From: Myxococcota bacterium
Lineage (GTDB): Bacteria > Myxococcota_A > SURF-8
Reading direction: 5' to 3'
Length of the DNA stretch: 64,000 nt
NCBI GenBank assembly: GCA_963674735.2
Contig: CAXXQS010000001.1
Location: forward strand, 2,400,001 to 2,464,000
Below the pieces are notes generated by a model. That model did no database searches. It saw nothing but the letters and a program-made list of their open reading frames with translations, and was not told the origin of the DNA. Positions within the stretch are counted from its first letter, which is position 1; every line of letters starts with the position of its first letter. Made by a program: the position numbers and the translations under genes. Shown piece after piece: positions 36,971-49,323 of this stretch.

Positions 36971-39613
36971 TTAGAAGTCGGAGAAGACCGGGTCGTCGTC
37001 AAGCGGAATCACTTCTTCAGGATCCAGGTGAATCCCGCTGTTTCCACCTTTGGTGAGTTCTTGCGGACTGGAAAAGCGCGTCACTCCCTTCGAACGGATG
37101 CTCACGCCTTTCGATTTCGAACCCTGGCGGTTCAAGGCGAACTGTCCGACCAGGTTCTGGAGTTCGGCGGCCTGGCTGGAGAGCTCCTGCGCGGCGCTGG
37201 AGGATTCTTCGGAGTTCGCGGCGTTCTGCTGCGTCACCTGGTCCATCTGCGCCACCGCCGAATTCACCTGCTCGATGCCGCGGCTCTGTTCCTGGCTGGC
37301 CGTCGCGATCTCGCCCACGATCTCCGTCACCTTGCCCACCGACGCCACGATCTCGGCCAGTTTGGCATCCACTTCGTGCGAAATCCCCTCGCCGCTACCC
37401 GCCAGACTCACGCTCTGGTTGATCAGCGCCTCGGTCTTCGCCGCCGCCTCTTTCGAGCGCAGCGCCAGGTTACGCACTTCCTCGGCTACCACCGCGAACC
37501 CGCGGCCCGCCTCACCGGCGCGCGCCGCTTCCACCGCCGCATTGAGCGCCAGAAGATTCGTCTGGAACGCGATCTCGTTGATGTCGCGGATAATCGCCGC
37601 CGTCCCTTCCGCCGCACTCTTGATCTGGCCCATCGCCTCGATCATCTGCTTCATCGACACGCCGCCCTCTTCGGCCGCCTTATGGGTCGTCTGCACCATA
37701 CTGTTGGCCTGCAGCGCGTTATCGGCATTCTGCTTGGTCATGGAAGCCATTTCCTCCAACGAACTGGAGGTTTCTTCCAGCGAACTGGCCTGCTCGGACG
37801 CACCCGAGGCCACCGACTGACTCGACGATGCGATCTGATGGCCCGCGCTCGACACCTGCTCGGTGCCCTCAGCCACCTGGCACAGAGCGTCGTGCAGCAC
37901 TTCCGCCGTCCGATTGATGGCGCTCTTGAGCTTGTCCAGATCGCCCTGGTAGCTGCCCTTCACGCGCGCCCGCAGGTCGTTGTTGGACAGCACTTCCAAC
38001 ACTTCGTTCGCTTCGTTGAGCGGCTCCACCACCGCCTGCAACAGGTCGTTGGTGCCTTGCAGGATTTCCTTGTAAGCGCCCTTGAACTGCCCCGCGTCTC
38101 CGCGTTTGGACAATTGACCCGCCACCGCCGCGTTAATCAGGGCCTTGAGTTCCTCAACCAGACTCAACAGGTTCTTGCGAATCAGGTTCAGCCCGTTGGT
38201 CAAGACGATCTGCTTGCCCGGCAACTTGCGCATTTCCTTGCTCAGATCGCCGTCGGCATATTCGCCCAGAATCTCGATCGATTCCATCACCGGATTGGCA
38301 ATCGCGTCCAACGCATCGTTCATACCCTGCGCCAGATCCGCATACGCACCCTGGAACTGACCGGCATTGCTGCGCGCGTCGAGCTCGCCCGCCTTCTGCT
38401 GATCGATCGTCTTCTGCAACTCGGACTTCAACGACTGGATCGACTCCACCATCTCTTTCAGAGACAAGGCTAAGGTATCTTTCGGGGAACGCGGCCGTAG
38501 GGAAACACTCAAGTCACCCTGTCCCACGGCCTTCGCGGCATGCGCCATCTCTTTTTCCGCCTCGATCATGCGGCTCAGCGCCTCTCCGAGATCACCCACT
38601 TCGTCATTACTGTGGAAGTTGAGAGAGACATCGAGATTACCTTCACTCAATTCCCCGACGACCTCGACCATCGCGCCGATGGGTTTGGCCACTATCTTGC
38701 GTGCCGCCGCAATCAACATGATAATCAGGAAGATGACGGCGACGACACCGATAGCTAAAAGAGTATTCGCCATGGAAGCTACCGGTTGCAGGATCTCGGA
38801 TTGCAGCGTGCTGGTCGCCACGACCCAGCCGGTGCGTTCGAAGGTCTGGAAATGGGCCACTCGGTCTTCGCCCTTGAAATTATAGACGGTGCTGCCATTC
38901 TTTTCATCGATCAGCACTTGTCCGAATCCCAGTTGGACCAAGTTGGTCTTCAGAATGTTTTCCTTCTTGGGATGGGCGATGATCGTGGTATCGGACTTGG
39001 TAATGTAAATGTAACCCGACTGGCCGATTTTCGTCTCGGCGACCAGGGCATCCGACAGGTAATTGATTTCAAGCGGCATCCCCAACATGCCGACGATTCG
39101 ACCCTGATCGTATAACGGCCCCGTCAGCAAGGCAACCGGCCGACCGGTCGCGGGCGAGACGAAAACATCTCCCAAATGAATTTTACCTTTGCGTGACTCC
39201 ACGGCATTTTCGGCGTACTCATCCATACGACTGATATCGATGCCTTGTGCTTTTCCATCGATGGAATCCGCAACGATCAACCCCGCCGGAGTGGCAACGA
39301 AAATCGCCTCGTAATACGGAAATTCCTTATGCACGGCCGCCAACTCCGCACGCGCGAGATCCTGATCTTGCCCCATGGCCGCTTGCGCATAAACGGGATT
39401 GTTACTGAGAACTTTCAGTTGGGCGATGCGATCGTCCAACCAATTGTCGATCGTATCGACTGTGTTTTTCACCAGTAGATGCGTTCGGGCCGCCTCGATA
39501 TCGAGGATGCTGGTTTTCGAGTTAAGATAAGCGATATAGGTCATCACCCCAATGGCGACGATAATCACCGGGACCAATACGGCTAGCAGTTTTTTCTGAA
39601 TCGTCCATTTCAT
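36971..39613 (-). CDS. Methyl-accepting chemotaxis protein (dCache, multiple HAMP)
   Basis: Two TM helices around a Cache-like domain; [37 protein letters not shown]; tail [14 protein letters not shown]. Confidence 0.96.
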   Translation of the reverse strand: MKWTIQKKLLAVLVPVIIVAIGVMTYIAYLNSKTSILDIEAARTHLLVKNTVDTIDNWLDDRIAQLKVLSNNPVYAQAAMGQDQDLARAELAAVHKEFPYYEAIFVATPAGLIVADSIDGKAQGIDISRMDEYAENAVESRKGKIHLGDVFVSPATGRPVALLTGPLYDQGRIVGMLGMPLEINYLSDALVAETKIGQSGYIYITKSDTTIIAHPKKENILKTNLVQLGFGQVLIDEKNGSTVYNFKGEDRVAHFQTFERTGWVVATSTLQSEILQPVASMANTLLAIGVVAVIFLIIMLIAAARKIVAKPIGAMVEVVGELSEGNLDVSLNFHSNDEVGDLGEALSRMIEAEKEMAHAAKAVGQGDLSVSLRPRSPKDTLALSLKEMVESIQSLKSELQKTIDQQKAGELDARSNAGQFQGAYADLAQGMNDALDAIANPVMESIEILGEYADGDLSKEMRKLPGKQIVLTNGLNLIRKNLLSLVEELKALINAAVAGQLSKRGDAGQFKGAYKEILQGTNDLLQAVVEPLNEANEVLEVLSNNDLRARVKGSYQGDLDKLKSAINRTAEVLHDALCQVAEGTEQVSSAGHQIASSSQSVASGASEQASSLEETSSSLEEMASMTKQNADNALQANSMVQTTHKAAEEGGVSMKQMIEAMGQIKSAAEGTAAIIRDINEIAFQTNLLALNAAVEAARAGEAGRGFAVVAEEVRNLALRSKEAAAKTEALINQSVSLAGSGEGISHEVDAKLAEIVASVGKVTEIVGEIATASQEQSRGIEQVNSAVAQMDQVTQQNAANSEESSSAAQELSSQAAELQNLVGQFALNRQGSKSKGVSIRSKGVTRFSSPQELTKGGNSGIHLDPEEVIPLDDDPVFSDF

Positions 39614-39664
39614 AGCTCCACCCTCCGGTCTTGACGAGTTCCTGGTCTTCTCATAAGGTTATCG

Positions 39665-40195
39665 TTATTCCGACTGATTCGTGACTTGGGCAATCTCTGC
39701 CGCCGATAAGACTTTGTTGATATCCAGTAAAAAAATCACGCGCTTATCTGACTTGCCCACCCCCAAAATGAAATCCGTATCCACCTGAGTCCCCCCGAAA
39801 CTCGGCGGAGGCTCGATCTGGGACGGTTCGATATCCAACACTTCCAACACCTCATCCACCACAATGCCCATCGTCAGCTCGGTGTCCCCCGCGATCAGCT
39901 GCACCACGATGATCACCGTCTGGTCGGTGGCCTCGGCTTCCTCCATCCCAAACTTCAGCCGCAAATCCACAACCGGAATGACCTTCCCCCGCAGATTGAT
40001 CACTCCCCGCATGAATTCCGGCGTCCGCGGAACACGAGTTATGTCCATTAATCCAATAATTTCACGGACTTTAAGAATCTCAAGCCCGTACTCCTCCGCC
40101 GCCAGCTTGAAAGTCATATACTTCCCGGCCAGCGACGCCCCAACCTGGGGTATCTCTTGTTTCTGCGTAACCGATTCGTTGGTCTGTAGCGACAT
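39665..40195 (-). CDS. cheW: Chemotaxis adaptor CheW
   Basis: KYMTFKL..EEYG, ITRVP.TP.FMRGVINLRGKVIPVVDLR; AGGAGG RBS. Confidence 0.96.
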   Translation of the reverse strand: MSLQTNESVTQKQEIPQVGASLAGKYMTFKLAAEEYGLEILKVREIIGLMDITRVPRTPEFMRGVINLRGKVIPVVDLRLKFGMEEAEATDQTVIIVVQLIAGDTELTMGIVVDEVLEVLDIEPSQIEPPPSFGGTQVDTDFILGVGKSDKRVIFLLDINKVLSAAEIAQVTNQSE

Positions 40196-40341
40196 GGTCT
40201 CCTCCTAGGTCCAGGATCTACTGACAAAGCCATCAATTTCTGATATTAAAGTCGGCATTCACGACCGGCCGGATGTAAATCATGTTGAGCGGCCGCAATT
40301 GCCTATTTGCTGCTTTGCCAAGTTGCCATAACCTACAAGTA

Positions 40342-40368
40342 TATTCGGCATCTTCGGATCGAACTTGA
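40342..40368 (-). promoter_or_regulatory. Putative sigma28 (FliA) promoter for cheW-MCP
   Basis: Minus strand TCAAG-N14-GCCGAATA, upstream of chemotaxis genes. Confidence 0.55.
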
Positions 40369-40889
40369 GTTTTTCTTTATTTTGCCTATGCAAAATCACT
40401 TAACTGCGATATTCGGGTATTTACGGAACAAAATATCTATTCCGTGATGGCGTAAAAGATTAGGTTGCCAACCCTAAAGATTAGCGAACAAACAAAGCAC
40501 GACGAAGCGGCTTGAAAGTGCAAAGTTCCGATCAATCCTTCGTTCAACCCAGATCGAAGCGAGACCACGACTCCGGCACACGTCCCAAAATGAACCGTGG
40601 AGCCTCCATGCCGCACCGCAGTTCCAAAAGTGCTTTGGAAATTCCATAGTCGGTTCCGCCCCTGATTTAATACAAAGCGGCTGACGTTGCCGTCAAAAAT
40701 GGTGAAGTAAGAAAACAGATCTGCCTTTGCTGCTTTTTTCATTTGCACATCGGACGGGCATTTGCTATGAATCTTTACATTCACCGGTATCTCAATCCAC
40801 GTGGATAGCCACCGTGTCCATACACCGGCGTTCGTGAGTTAGGCAAAACGGTAACGTATTACAAGACGACGTTTTCCAGAGAGATAAAC

Positions 40890-41480
40890 ATGGCGAAAGA
40901 ATCGTATACAAGTGGGAAAGTAGCGGATTTGCTTGGTATCCCGGCCCGAACGGCCCGCCATTACTTATCGACCGGACGGATACCGGCGGCCCAGAATCCG
41001 ATCACCGGTACCTGGACCATCGTCCGGGAAGACTTGATCGCCTTCATGCATGAACACAAGCTGGATACCTCGGTGCTCAATCATCCATCTACGGTACTGG
41101 TGGTGGACGATGAACCGGCGGTTGTGAAATTCATCACCCGTGCGCTTGAAAAATCGCCGTACCGTTTTAAAATCGATTCGACCAACAGCGGCTACGAAGC
41201 CATGATCAAAATCGGGCAGACCATCCCCGATCTGATCTGCCTGGATATCCAGATGCCCGGCATGGATGGCCCCGAAGTACTGCGCGCCATCAAGAAGACC
41301 GAAGGCACCGAAGACATCAAGGTCCTGGTCATTACGGGTTACCCGGAAGCCATCGACGAAATGAAAGAACTCGGCGCCAACGACGCCCTGACCAAACCGC
41401 TCAATCCGGTCGATCTGATTGAAAAAGTGCTTGAATTGTTGCCGAACACCGCCACGATTGAGGAAACGCCAGCCGAATAA
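40890..41480 (+). CDS. Response regulator with N-terminal excisionase/MerR-like HTH
   Basis: YTSGKVADLLGI..RT...Y...GRIPA...G.W.I.REDL..F; receiver motifs VLVVDDE, DLICLDIQMP, LTKP. Confidence 0.9.
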   Translation: MAKESYTSGKVADLLGIPARTARHYLSTGRIPAAQNPITGTWTIVREDLIAFMHEHKLDTSVLNHPSTVLVVDDEPAVVKFITRALEKSPYRFKIDSTNSGYEAMIKIGQTIPDLICLDIQMPGMDGPEVLRAIKKTEGTEDIKVLVITGYPEAIDEMKELGANDALTKPLNPVDLIEKVLELLPNTATIEETPAE

Positions 41481-41655
41481 GGCCGCCATGCTGCAAACGG
41501 ACGGGTTTGGTTCCCTCAACACCCCGATTTCACCCTGTCAGCCCCTTAGGTGCCCGTCCTCAAAGGCGTTTTGGTAACGAGATCAACACCCGGTGATCGA
41601 CAGCCCCGAAAATACAATATCGAGAACCCGAACCGTCATCCAGGGAGAAATCCGA

Positions 41656-43674
41656 ATGAGCGTTGCGTTTTCCAAAGCCGATTCCCTTTGCGTCAACACC
41701 CTGCGCGCCCTTGCCATCGACGCCATCGAAAAGGCCGCCTCGGGACATCCCGGTTTGCCGTTGGGCGCGGCACCCATGGCTTATGTCCTGTGGCGTCGGC
41801 ACCTGCGCCACAACCCGGCCAATCCGACCTGGACCGATCGCGACCGCTTCATCCTGTCGGCCGGTCACGGAAGCGCGCTCGTTTACTCCCTGCTGCATCT
41901 GGCCGGTTACGACCTCGGCCTGGACGACCTCAAAGCCTTCCGTCAGTGGGGCAGCCGCACACCGGGGCATCCGGAATATCGCCTGACACCGGGAGTCGAG
42001 GCCACCACCGGCCCCCTCGGCCAGGGAACCGCCAACGCCGTGGGCATGGCCATCGCAGAACGCCTGTTGGCCCATCGTTTCAATCGCCCGGAAGCAACCC
42101 TGGTGGATCATTACACTTACGCTCTGGTGTCCGACGGCGACCTGATGGAAGGCATCGGCTATGAAGCCGCTTCCATGGCCGGACACATGAAACTGGGCAA
42201 ACTGATCTACCTCTACGACGCCAACGATGTCACCCTCGACGGACCCGCCTCACTGTGTTTCTCGACGGAAGACGTGGCGGCGCGCTTTACCGCCATGGGC
42301 TGGCAAGTGCTGCGCGTGGAGGAAGGCAACACGGATCTCGCCGCCATCGATACCGCCATCGAGAAGGCCAAAGCCGAGACCGGCCGACCCTCGCTTATTC
42401 TTGTGAAAACCACCATCGGTTACGGGTCTCCGGCCAAACAAGGCACCTGCGCCGCTCATGGTGCGCCGCTGGGCAGCGACGAAATCAAGCTGACCAAAAA
42501 AGCGCTGGGCCTGGACCCGAACGCGGAGTTCTTCGTTCCGGCCGAAGCCGCCGCGTGGACGGCCGAGGCTCGTGCGGCGGGCGCCGACTGGGAAGCGAAA
42601 TGGAACGCAAGCTTCGCGGCTTATGCGAAAGCCCATCCCGACCTCGCCAAACAATGGACCGACACCCTGGCCGGTCGCCTGCCCGAAGGTTGGGATACCG
42701 ACCTGCCCGCTTTCGCGGTCGGGGAAAAAGTGGCCACCCGCAAAAGCGCCGGTGAGATTTTAAACGCCATCGCCGCCAAAGTGCCGTTCCTCGTCGGGGG
42801 CGATGCCGATATCGGGTCGTCCACCAAAACCCAGATCAAAGGCGAAGCAGCCTTCGACGGCCAGAGCGGCGCGGGCCGCAATCTGCACTTCGGCATCCGC
42901 GAACACGCCATGGCCGCCGCCGCCAACGGAATGGCCTACCACGGCGGTATCCGCCCTTACGTCTCGACCTTCTTTTCGTTCAGCGACTACATGCGCCCGT
43001 CCATCCGCCTGGCGGCATTGGCCGAACTGCCGGTCATCTACGTGTATACCCACGACTCGCTGGCCGTGGGTGAAGACGGTCCGACCCACCAGCCGGTGGA
43101 ACAACTCATGGCACTACGCACCATTCCCGGTCTGACCGTGATCCGCCCCGGCGATGCCGGTGAAGCCGAAGCCGCCTGGCGTTTCGCCATGACCCACAAA
43201 GCGGGACCCTTGGCGCTGGTGCTGAGTCGTCAAGGCTTGACCACTCTCGATCGCAACATCGTCGCTCCGGCCGAGGGCCTGATGCGTGGAGCTTACATTC
43301 TGGCGGACGCCGAAGATAGCCAACCGACCTTTATCCTGATCGCCAGCGGATCCGAAGTCGGCCCGGCCTTCGAAGCCTATCAGACTCTCACCGCCCAGGG
43401 TGTGAAAACGCGCCTCGTCTCCATGCCCTCGTGGGAACTGTTCGAGCGCCAGGACGCCGCCTACCGCGAGCAGGTTCTGCCGCCCACGGTCAAGGCCCGC
43501 ATGGCGGTCGAAGCGGGCATCACGCTCGGCTGGTCCCAATACGTAGGCGATGAAGGTCACGTGCTGGGCGTCGATCGTTTCGGAGCTTCCGCCCCCGGCG
43601 GGATCGTTCTGGAACAATACGGCTTTTCGCCGCAGGGGATCGTTCAGACCGCGAATGAGTACCTGAACCGCTAA
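41656..43674 (+). CDS. tkt: Transketolase
   Basis: [46 protein letters not shown]. Confidence 0.97.
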   Translation: MSVAFSKADSLCVNTLRALAIDAIEKAASGHPGLPLGAAPMAYVLWRRHLRHNPANPTWTDRDRFILSAGHGSALVYSLLHLAGYDLGLDDLKAFRQWGSRTPGHPEYRLTPGVEATTGPLGQGTANAVGMAIAERLLAHRFNRPEATLVDHYTYALVSDGDLMEGIGYEAASMAGHMKLGKLIYLYDANDVTLDGPASLCFSTEDVAARFTAMGWQVLRVEEGNTDLAAIDTAIEKAKAETGRPSLILVKTTIGYGSPAKQGTCAAHGAPLGSDEIKLTKKALGLDPNAEFFVPAEAAAWTAEARAAGADWEAKWNASFAAYAKAHPDLAKQWTDTLAGRLPEGWDTDLPAFAVGEKVATRKSAGEILNAIAAKVPFLVGGDADIGSSTKTQIKGEAAFDGQSGAGRNLHFGIREHAMAAAANGMAYHGGIRPYVSTFFSFSDYMRPSIRLAALAELPVIYVYTHDSLAVGEDGPTHQPVEQLMALRTIPGLTVIRPGDAGEAEAAWRFAMTHKAGPLALVLSRQGLTTLDRNIVAPAEGLMRGAYILADAEDSQPTFILIASGSEVGPAFEAYQTLTAQGVKTRLVSMPSWELFERQDAAYREQVLPPTVKARMAVEAGITLGWSQYVGDEGHVLGVDRFGASAPGGIVLEQYGFSPQGIVQTANEYLNR

Positions 43675-43702
43675 GCGTCGTTAAGTGTTTGAGGGGTGAT
43701 TT

Positions 43703-45019
43703 ATGGCCTGCTGGATCGGTTCGATCGCGCTAATCGCTGTCATCCTGATCGCGATTCGGCTTAGCCGCCGTGTTACACCGAAAGCCGGCACTGACTTCCC
43801 GCAATGTCCGCAAGACGCCTTGGACGGACTCGAAAGTTTCGACACCATCGTTATCGGCGGCGGCCCTGCCGGGTCGAGCGCGGCACGCAGCCTGGCCCTG
43901 TCCGGGAGACGCGTTCTCCTGCTCGAAAAAGCCCCCATGCCACGCCGCAAACTCTGTGGGGGCGCGCTTTCCGAACATACGTACCGGCGACTGGGCTTCA
44001 CGCTGCCTCCCGACCTCATCGACGCGGAAGCGATGGGAGCGCGGATCACGTATCGCGGTCGCACTTTGGAGCACCGCCACGACTCGCGCATGGCGCTGCT
44101 GGTCACCCGCTCCCACTTCGATCACTTTTTGCTGAAAAAGGCCGAAGAAGCCGGTGCGACCATCCGCTACGAAAAAGCGGAGCGCATCCAACACAGCGGC
44201 AACCGTTTTCGCGTGGAAACGCCGATTGCGGCCTACAGCACCCAGACATTGGTCATCGCCGAGGGAGCGGTGGGACGCCTGCACACGCACGTACGTCCTC
44301 CCGACACCCCGGCCGAACGCGGGTTCTGCCTGGAAGCGGAGCGTCCCGTCGAAACTCCCGATCGTTTCGCGGACATCCGGCAGGTCATCGACATCCATTT
44401 CGGCGTAGCCGAATTCGGTTACGGCTGGGTCTTTCACCATGGCTCCCATTATTCCGTGGGCATCGGCGGCTTGAGTTCCGTCATGCACGACTACCCGGAA
44501 GCCATGTCCGATTTCAGCCGTTCCAGAGGTTTCAACGAACGGCATCCTTCTCAAAAAGGCCACCCGATCCCACGAGGCGGCGTTCCGCGCCGCTTGGCAA
44601 GCGACGGCTGTCTGTTGGTGGGCGATGCGGCGGGCTTTGTCGATCCCTTTACCGGCGAAGGCATTTCGTTCGCCATCCGCTCGGGTCAACTCGCCGCTCA
44701 GACGCTCGATCAGGCAATCGAAGCGGACGATGTATCGGAACGGTTTCTCAAACGTTACACCCAGGCCTGCCGGGGCGAATTCGGACGCAATCTGGAAGAC
44801 GCCCTGCGCCTGTCCAAGCTGATGTACCACATCCCCAATCTCTTTTTGCGGATTCTCACTTCCAGTCCAACCGTATTGGCGCGCTATTTCGACGTCCAAC
44901 TACAACGCATCAGCTACCGGAAGTTCGTGTTCTGGCTCCTGTTTCGTCTGCCGGTCATCTGGTTGGGCAGCCTGCGCCACCCCACCGTTTCCGCTGAGGG
45001 ACAAAGGGATACAAAATAG
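43703..45019 (+). CDS. Geranylgeranyl reductase family flavoprotein with N-terminal anchor
   Basis: GGGPAGS, RRKLCGG, GYGWVF, VGDAAGFVDPFTGEGI. Confidence 0.88.
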   Translation: MACWIGSIALIAVILIAIRLSRRVTPKAGTDFPQCPQDALDGLESFDTIVIGGGPAGSSAARSLALSGRRVLLLEKAPMPRRKLCGGALSEHTYRRLGFTLPPDLIDAEAMGARITYRGRTLEHRHDSRMALLVTRSHFDHFLLKKAEEAGATIRYEKAERIQHSGNRFRVETPIAAYSTQTLVIAEGAVGRLHTHVRPPDTPAERGFCLEAERPVETPDRFADIRQVIDIHFGVAEFGYGWVFHHGSHYSVGIGGLSSVMHDYPEAMSDFSRSRGFNERHPSQKGHPIPRGGVPRRLASDGCLLVGDAAGFVDPFTGEGISFAIRSGQLAAQTLDQAIEADDVSERFLKRYTQACRGEFGRNLEDALRLSKLMYHIPNLFLRILTSSPTVLARYFDVQLQRISYRKFVFWLLFRLPVIWLGSLRHPTVSAEGQRDTK

Positions 45020-45113
45020 AATTTGACTTTCGTGTATTCGTGAACTTACACTTATAAGGTTATTGTGAAAATGGCGAACGGCCATTTGTCTGCTTGATGG
45101 AGAAGCCTCGCTC

Positions 45114-46928
45114 ATGTCCGCCTTCGCCAAATTACCGGATCACCTGCTGCAGGACATAAAAAGCCGCGTCAGCATCGTTGCGGTGGTCGGGCGTTACGTG
45201 GAACTCAAGCGCGCCGGACGCAGCCATAAAGGCCTCTGCCCGTTTCACAAAGATTCGGCCCCCAGCTTCACCGTTTCGGAGGAGCGCGGTTTCTACCACT
45301 GTTTCGGCTGCTCGGCCCACGGCGACGCCATCAAATTCATCCAGGAAATGGAAAACCTGAGTTTCATGGAAGCCGTAAAACAATTGGCCGAGGAAACCGG
45401 CGTGGAACTGCCCGAGGTGCGTGATATGAGCCCGGCCGAACGCTTGCGGCTCAGTGAAACCGACCAGCTCTACGCCGTCAACCGCCAGGCCATGGAGCTT
45501 TTCCAGCAACAACTCATCCGTCAACCCAAAGACTCGATCCCCTGGAAATACCTGGAGAAACGCGGCGTCAACAAAGAAATGATCGAACGTTTCCGCCTGG
45601 GATACGCCCCCGAAGGCTGGGACAACCTGCTCCGCGCCATGAGCTCCGACCAAACCCCGCAACGACTGGAAAAAGCCGGGCTGGTCGCTCCCGGAAAGCG
45701 CAACGGCTACTACGATCGTTTCCGCAACCGCTTGATGTTTCCCATCATCATGCAACACGACCGGGTTGTCGGTTTCGGGGGCCGCACCCTGGCCGACGAC
45801 AACGCCAAGTACATCAACAGCCCGGAATCACCCATTTTTTCCAAATCGGACTGTCTCTACGGCTACCATGTCGCACGGGGCGAAATCAATCGCAAAGACC
45901 GGGTTCTGGTGGTCGAGGGCAACCTCGATGTGGTGATGATGCACCAGTTCGGTTTCGAAGAAACGGTAGCGACGCTTGGTACGGCCTTGACCCAGCAGCA
46001 CATCCGCTTTCTCAAACGCATGACCCGTAACCTCGTTTTGCTGTTCGATGGCGACGAGGCCGGACAAAAAGCCATGTTCCGGTCCCTCGACCTCTTTCTG
46101 TCCGATTCCGTCAATGCCCGTGCCGTTATCTTGCCGGACAACCACGATCCGGACAGCTTTTTAAAGGCCGAAGGAGCCGAGGCGATGGGTGCGTTGTTAG
46201 ACAACGCCCAGTATTTATTTGACATTTGGCTCGAAGCTCAGTATTTAGATCAGGATATGGGACCGCGGGGGACATCCGACTGTTTGCAGCGGATCGTTCC
46301 GATGTTGGCAAAAATCGCCGACATCGTCGAGCGGGAACTATACGTGCAGAAGATTGCATCGCGCTTGAACCTGCGCCAGCAACTACTGATGCAGCTTCTG
46401 CGACAAAACGGGACTAAACGGAATTGGGAACGGCTGCCGGATCGGGCAGTCATCGACGCATCCAAAGGGGTTGGAAACGATCGATACGCATCGGCCGAAG
46501 AAGAGTTGGTGTCGCTGCTGTACGCGTATCCGCAAATCGTCGCCCCCCGTTTCCTTTCCGAAGACGTGCTGGACAAAATTCAGAACGAACCGTTGATGCG
46601 GGTGGCGGCAGCCATCCTTGACATGTTGGAAGATGGGGAACAACCCGACCCATCGGTGCTGCTGGATCTGGCAGATGATACGGAATGGAAGAATCGCATC
46701 GCCAATCTTATCATTAACTCGGTAGCGGACGAAGAAAGCGTGCAGCGTTCGTATGACGACTGCATAAAATTATTAAGCGTCCGAGAGATCGAACATGATA
46801 TTCGGCGGGTGAAACGCGACATGGCAGGCCAAAACGGCGCAGCATCCGATGAGAAGGCGAACCGGGCGCAAGAACTCGTCCGGCTCTATCAGAAACTGCA
46901 TGGCATGAAAACAAACACAGCCCACTAA
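45114..46928 (+). CDS. dnaG: DNA primase
   Basis: CPFH..CFGC zinc finger, YDRFRNRLMFPI, KYINSPE, TOPRIM VEG..D and FDGDEAG, DPD. Confidence 0.97.
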   Translation: MSAFAKLPDHLLQDIKSRVSIVAVVGRYVELKRAGRSHKGLCPFHKDSAPSFTVSEERGFYHCFGCSAHGDAIKFIQEMENLSFMEAVKQLAEETGVELPEVRDMSPAERLRLSETDQLYAVNRQAMELFQQQLIRQPKDSIPWKYLEKRGVNKEMIERFRLGYAPEGWDNLLRAMSSDQTPQRLEKAGLVAPGKRNGYYDRFRNRLMFPIIMQHDRVVGFGGRTLADDNAKYINSPESPIFSKSDCLYGYHVARGEINRKDRVLVVEGNLDVVMMHQFGFEETVATLGTALTQQHIRFLKRMTRNLVLLFDGDEAGQKAMFRSLDLFLSDSVNARAVILPDNHDPDSFLKAEGAEAMGALLDNAQYLFDIWLEAQYLDQDMGPRGTSDCLQRIVPMLAKIADIVERELYVQKIASRLNLRQQLLMQLLRQNGTKRNWERLPDRAVIDASKGVGNDRYASAEEELVSLLYAYPQIVAPRFLSEDVLDKIQNEPLMRVAAAILDMLEDGEQPDPSVLLDLADDTEWKNRIANLIINSVADEESVQRSYDDCIKLLSVREIEHDIRRVKRDMAGQNGAASDEKANRAQELVRLYQKLHGMKTNTAH

Positions 46929-46946
46929 GCAGGCGAGGTGGTGTAT

Positions 46947-48701
<1,755 letters not shown>

Positions 48702-48718
48702 ACCCACCCTGAAGCAAC

Positions 48719-48748
48719 AACGGGCGGCCTTTCGGTCGCCCGTTTTCT
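48719..48748 (+). terminator. rpoD intrinsic terminator
   Basis: AACGGGCGGCC-tttc-GGTCGCCCGTTTT. Confidence 0.8.
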
Positions 48749-48855
48749 ATTTAACCGTCCGTTTTGGCCAAACACCCGACCCGCAGACAATATAATCCTT
48801 AGTAATTCCAAGTATTTTAATATTTCAGTACACAGGAATATCTGGATACATAAAC

Positions 48856-48883
48856 AAAAAAAGAGGCGCCGAAACGCCTCTTT
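48856..48883 (-). terminator. Terminator of the small lipoprotein gene
   Basis: A7 followed by a GAGGCG/CGCCTC stem. Confidence 0.7.
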
Positions 48884-48902
48884 CATTTACCGATTCGCTA
48901 GA

Positions 48903-49217
48903 TTACTCTTCGGTATCGTCACCATCGTCGCCGGTAGCCGCTTCGGTGATGCAGGTCGCGAAATCATCGCAGCTCGCCTCATCGGCACACGCCAACAGAT
49001 CGTCGTTCACGGCCACGCCGGCGCCTTCTTCACCAGCCGCTTCGCAAGCCGCGTAGCAAGCCTGAAGAACTTCCTCGGTGATCGTGCCGGTCTCGTCACA
49101 CTCTTTGGTCTTGTCACAGTAGGACTTGCAACCATCGACATTGCTGTCGTCATCACTGCAAGCAAACATGAACATCGACACCATCGCGATCAGAGCCAGA
49201 ATCAAAGCTTTTTTCAT
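48903..49217 (-). CDS. Small acidic Cys-rich lipoprotein
   Basis: MKK signal, lipobox MFAC, CxxxC helical pairs; AGGAGG RBS. Confidence 0.8.
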   Translation of the reverse strand: MKKALILALIAMVSMFMFACSDDDSNVDGCKSYCDKTKECDETGTITEEVLQACYAACEAAGEEGAGVAVNDDLLACADEASCDDFATCITEAATGDDGDDTEE

Positions 49218-49323
49218 TTACCCACCTCCTATAAAGACACTGTGATTAAGCCGTAGATTGGACCGTAGCCTACCATAAACTTCCAATCTGTCAATACTTT
49301 TTTTTACTCAGGATTGCTTCAAA

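Noticed and set aside
40437-40784. 115-aa ORF or c-di-GMP riboswitch in the cheW-regulator gap
   Set aside because: No RBS or recognisable motif; the GGCAAA strings lack the GEMM two-hairpin context.
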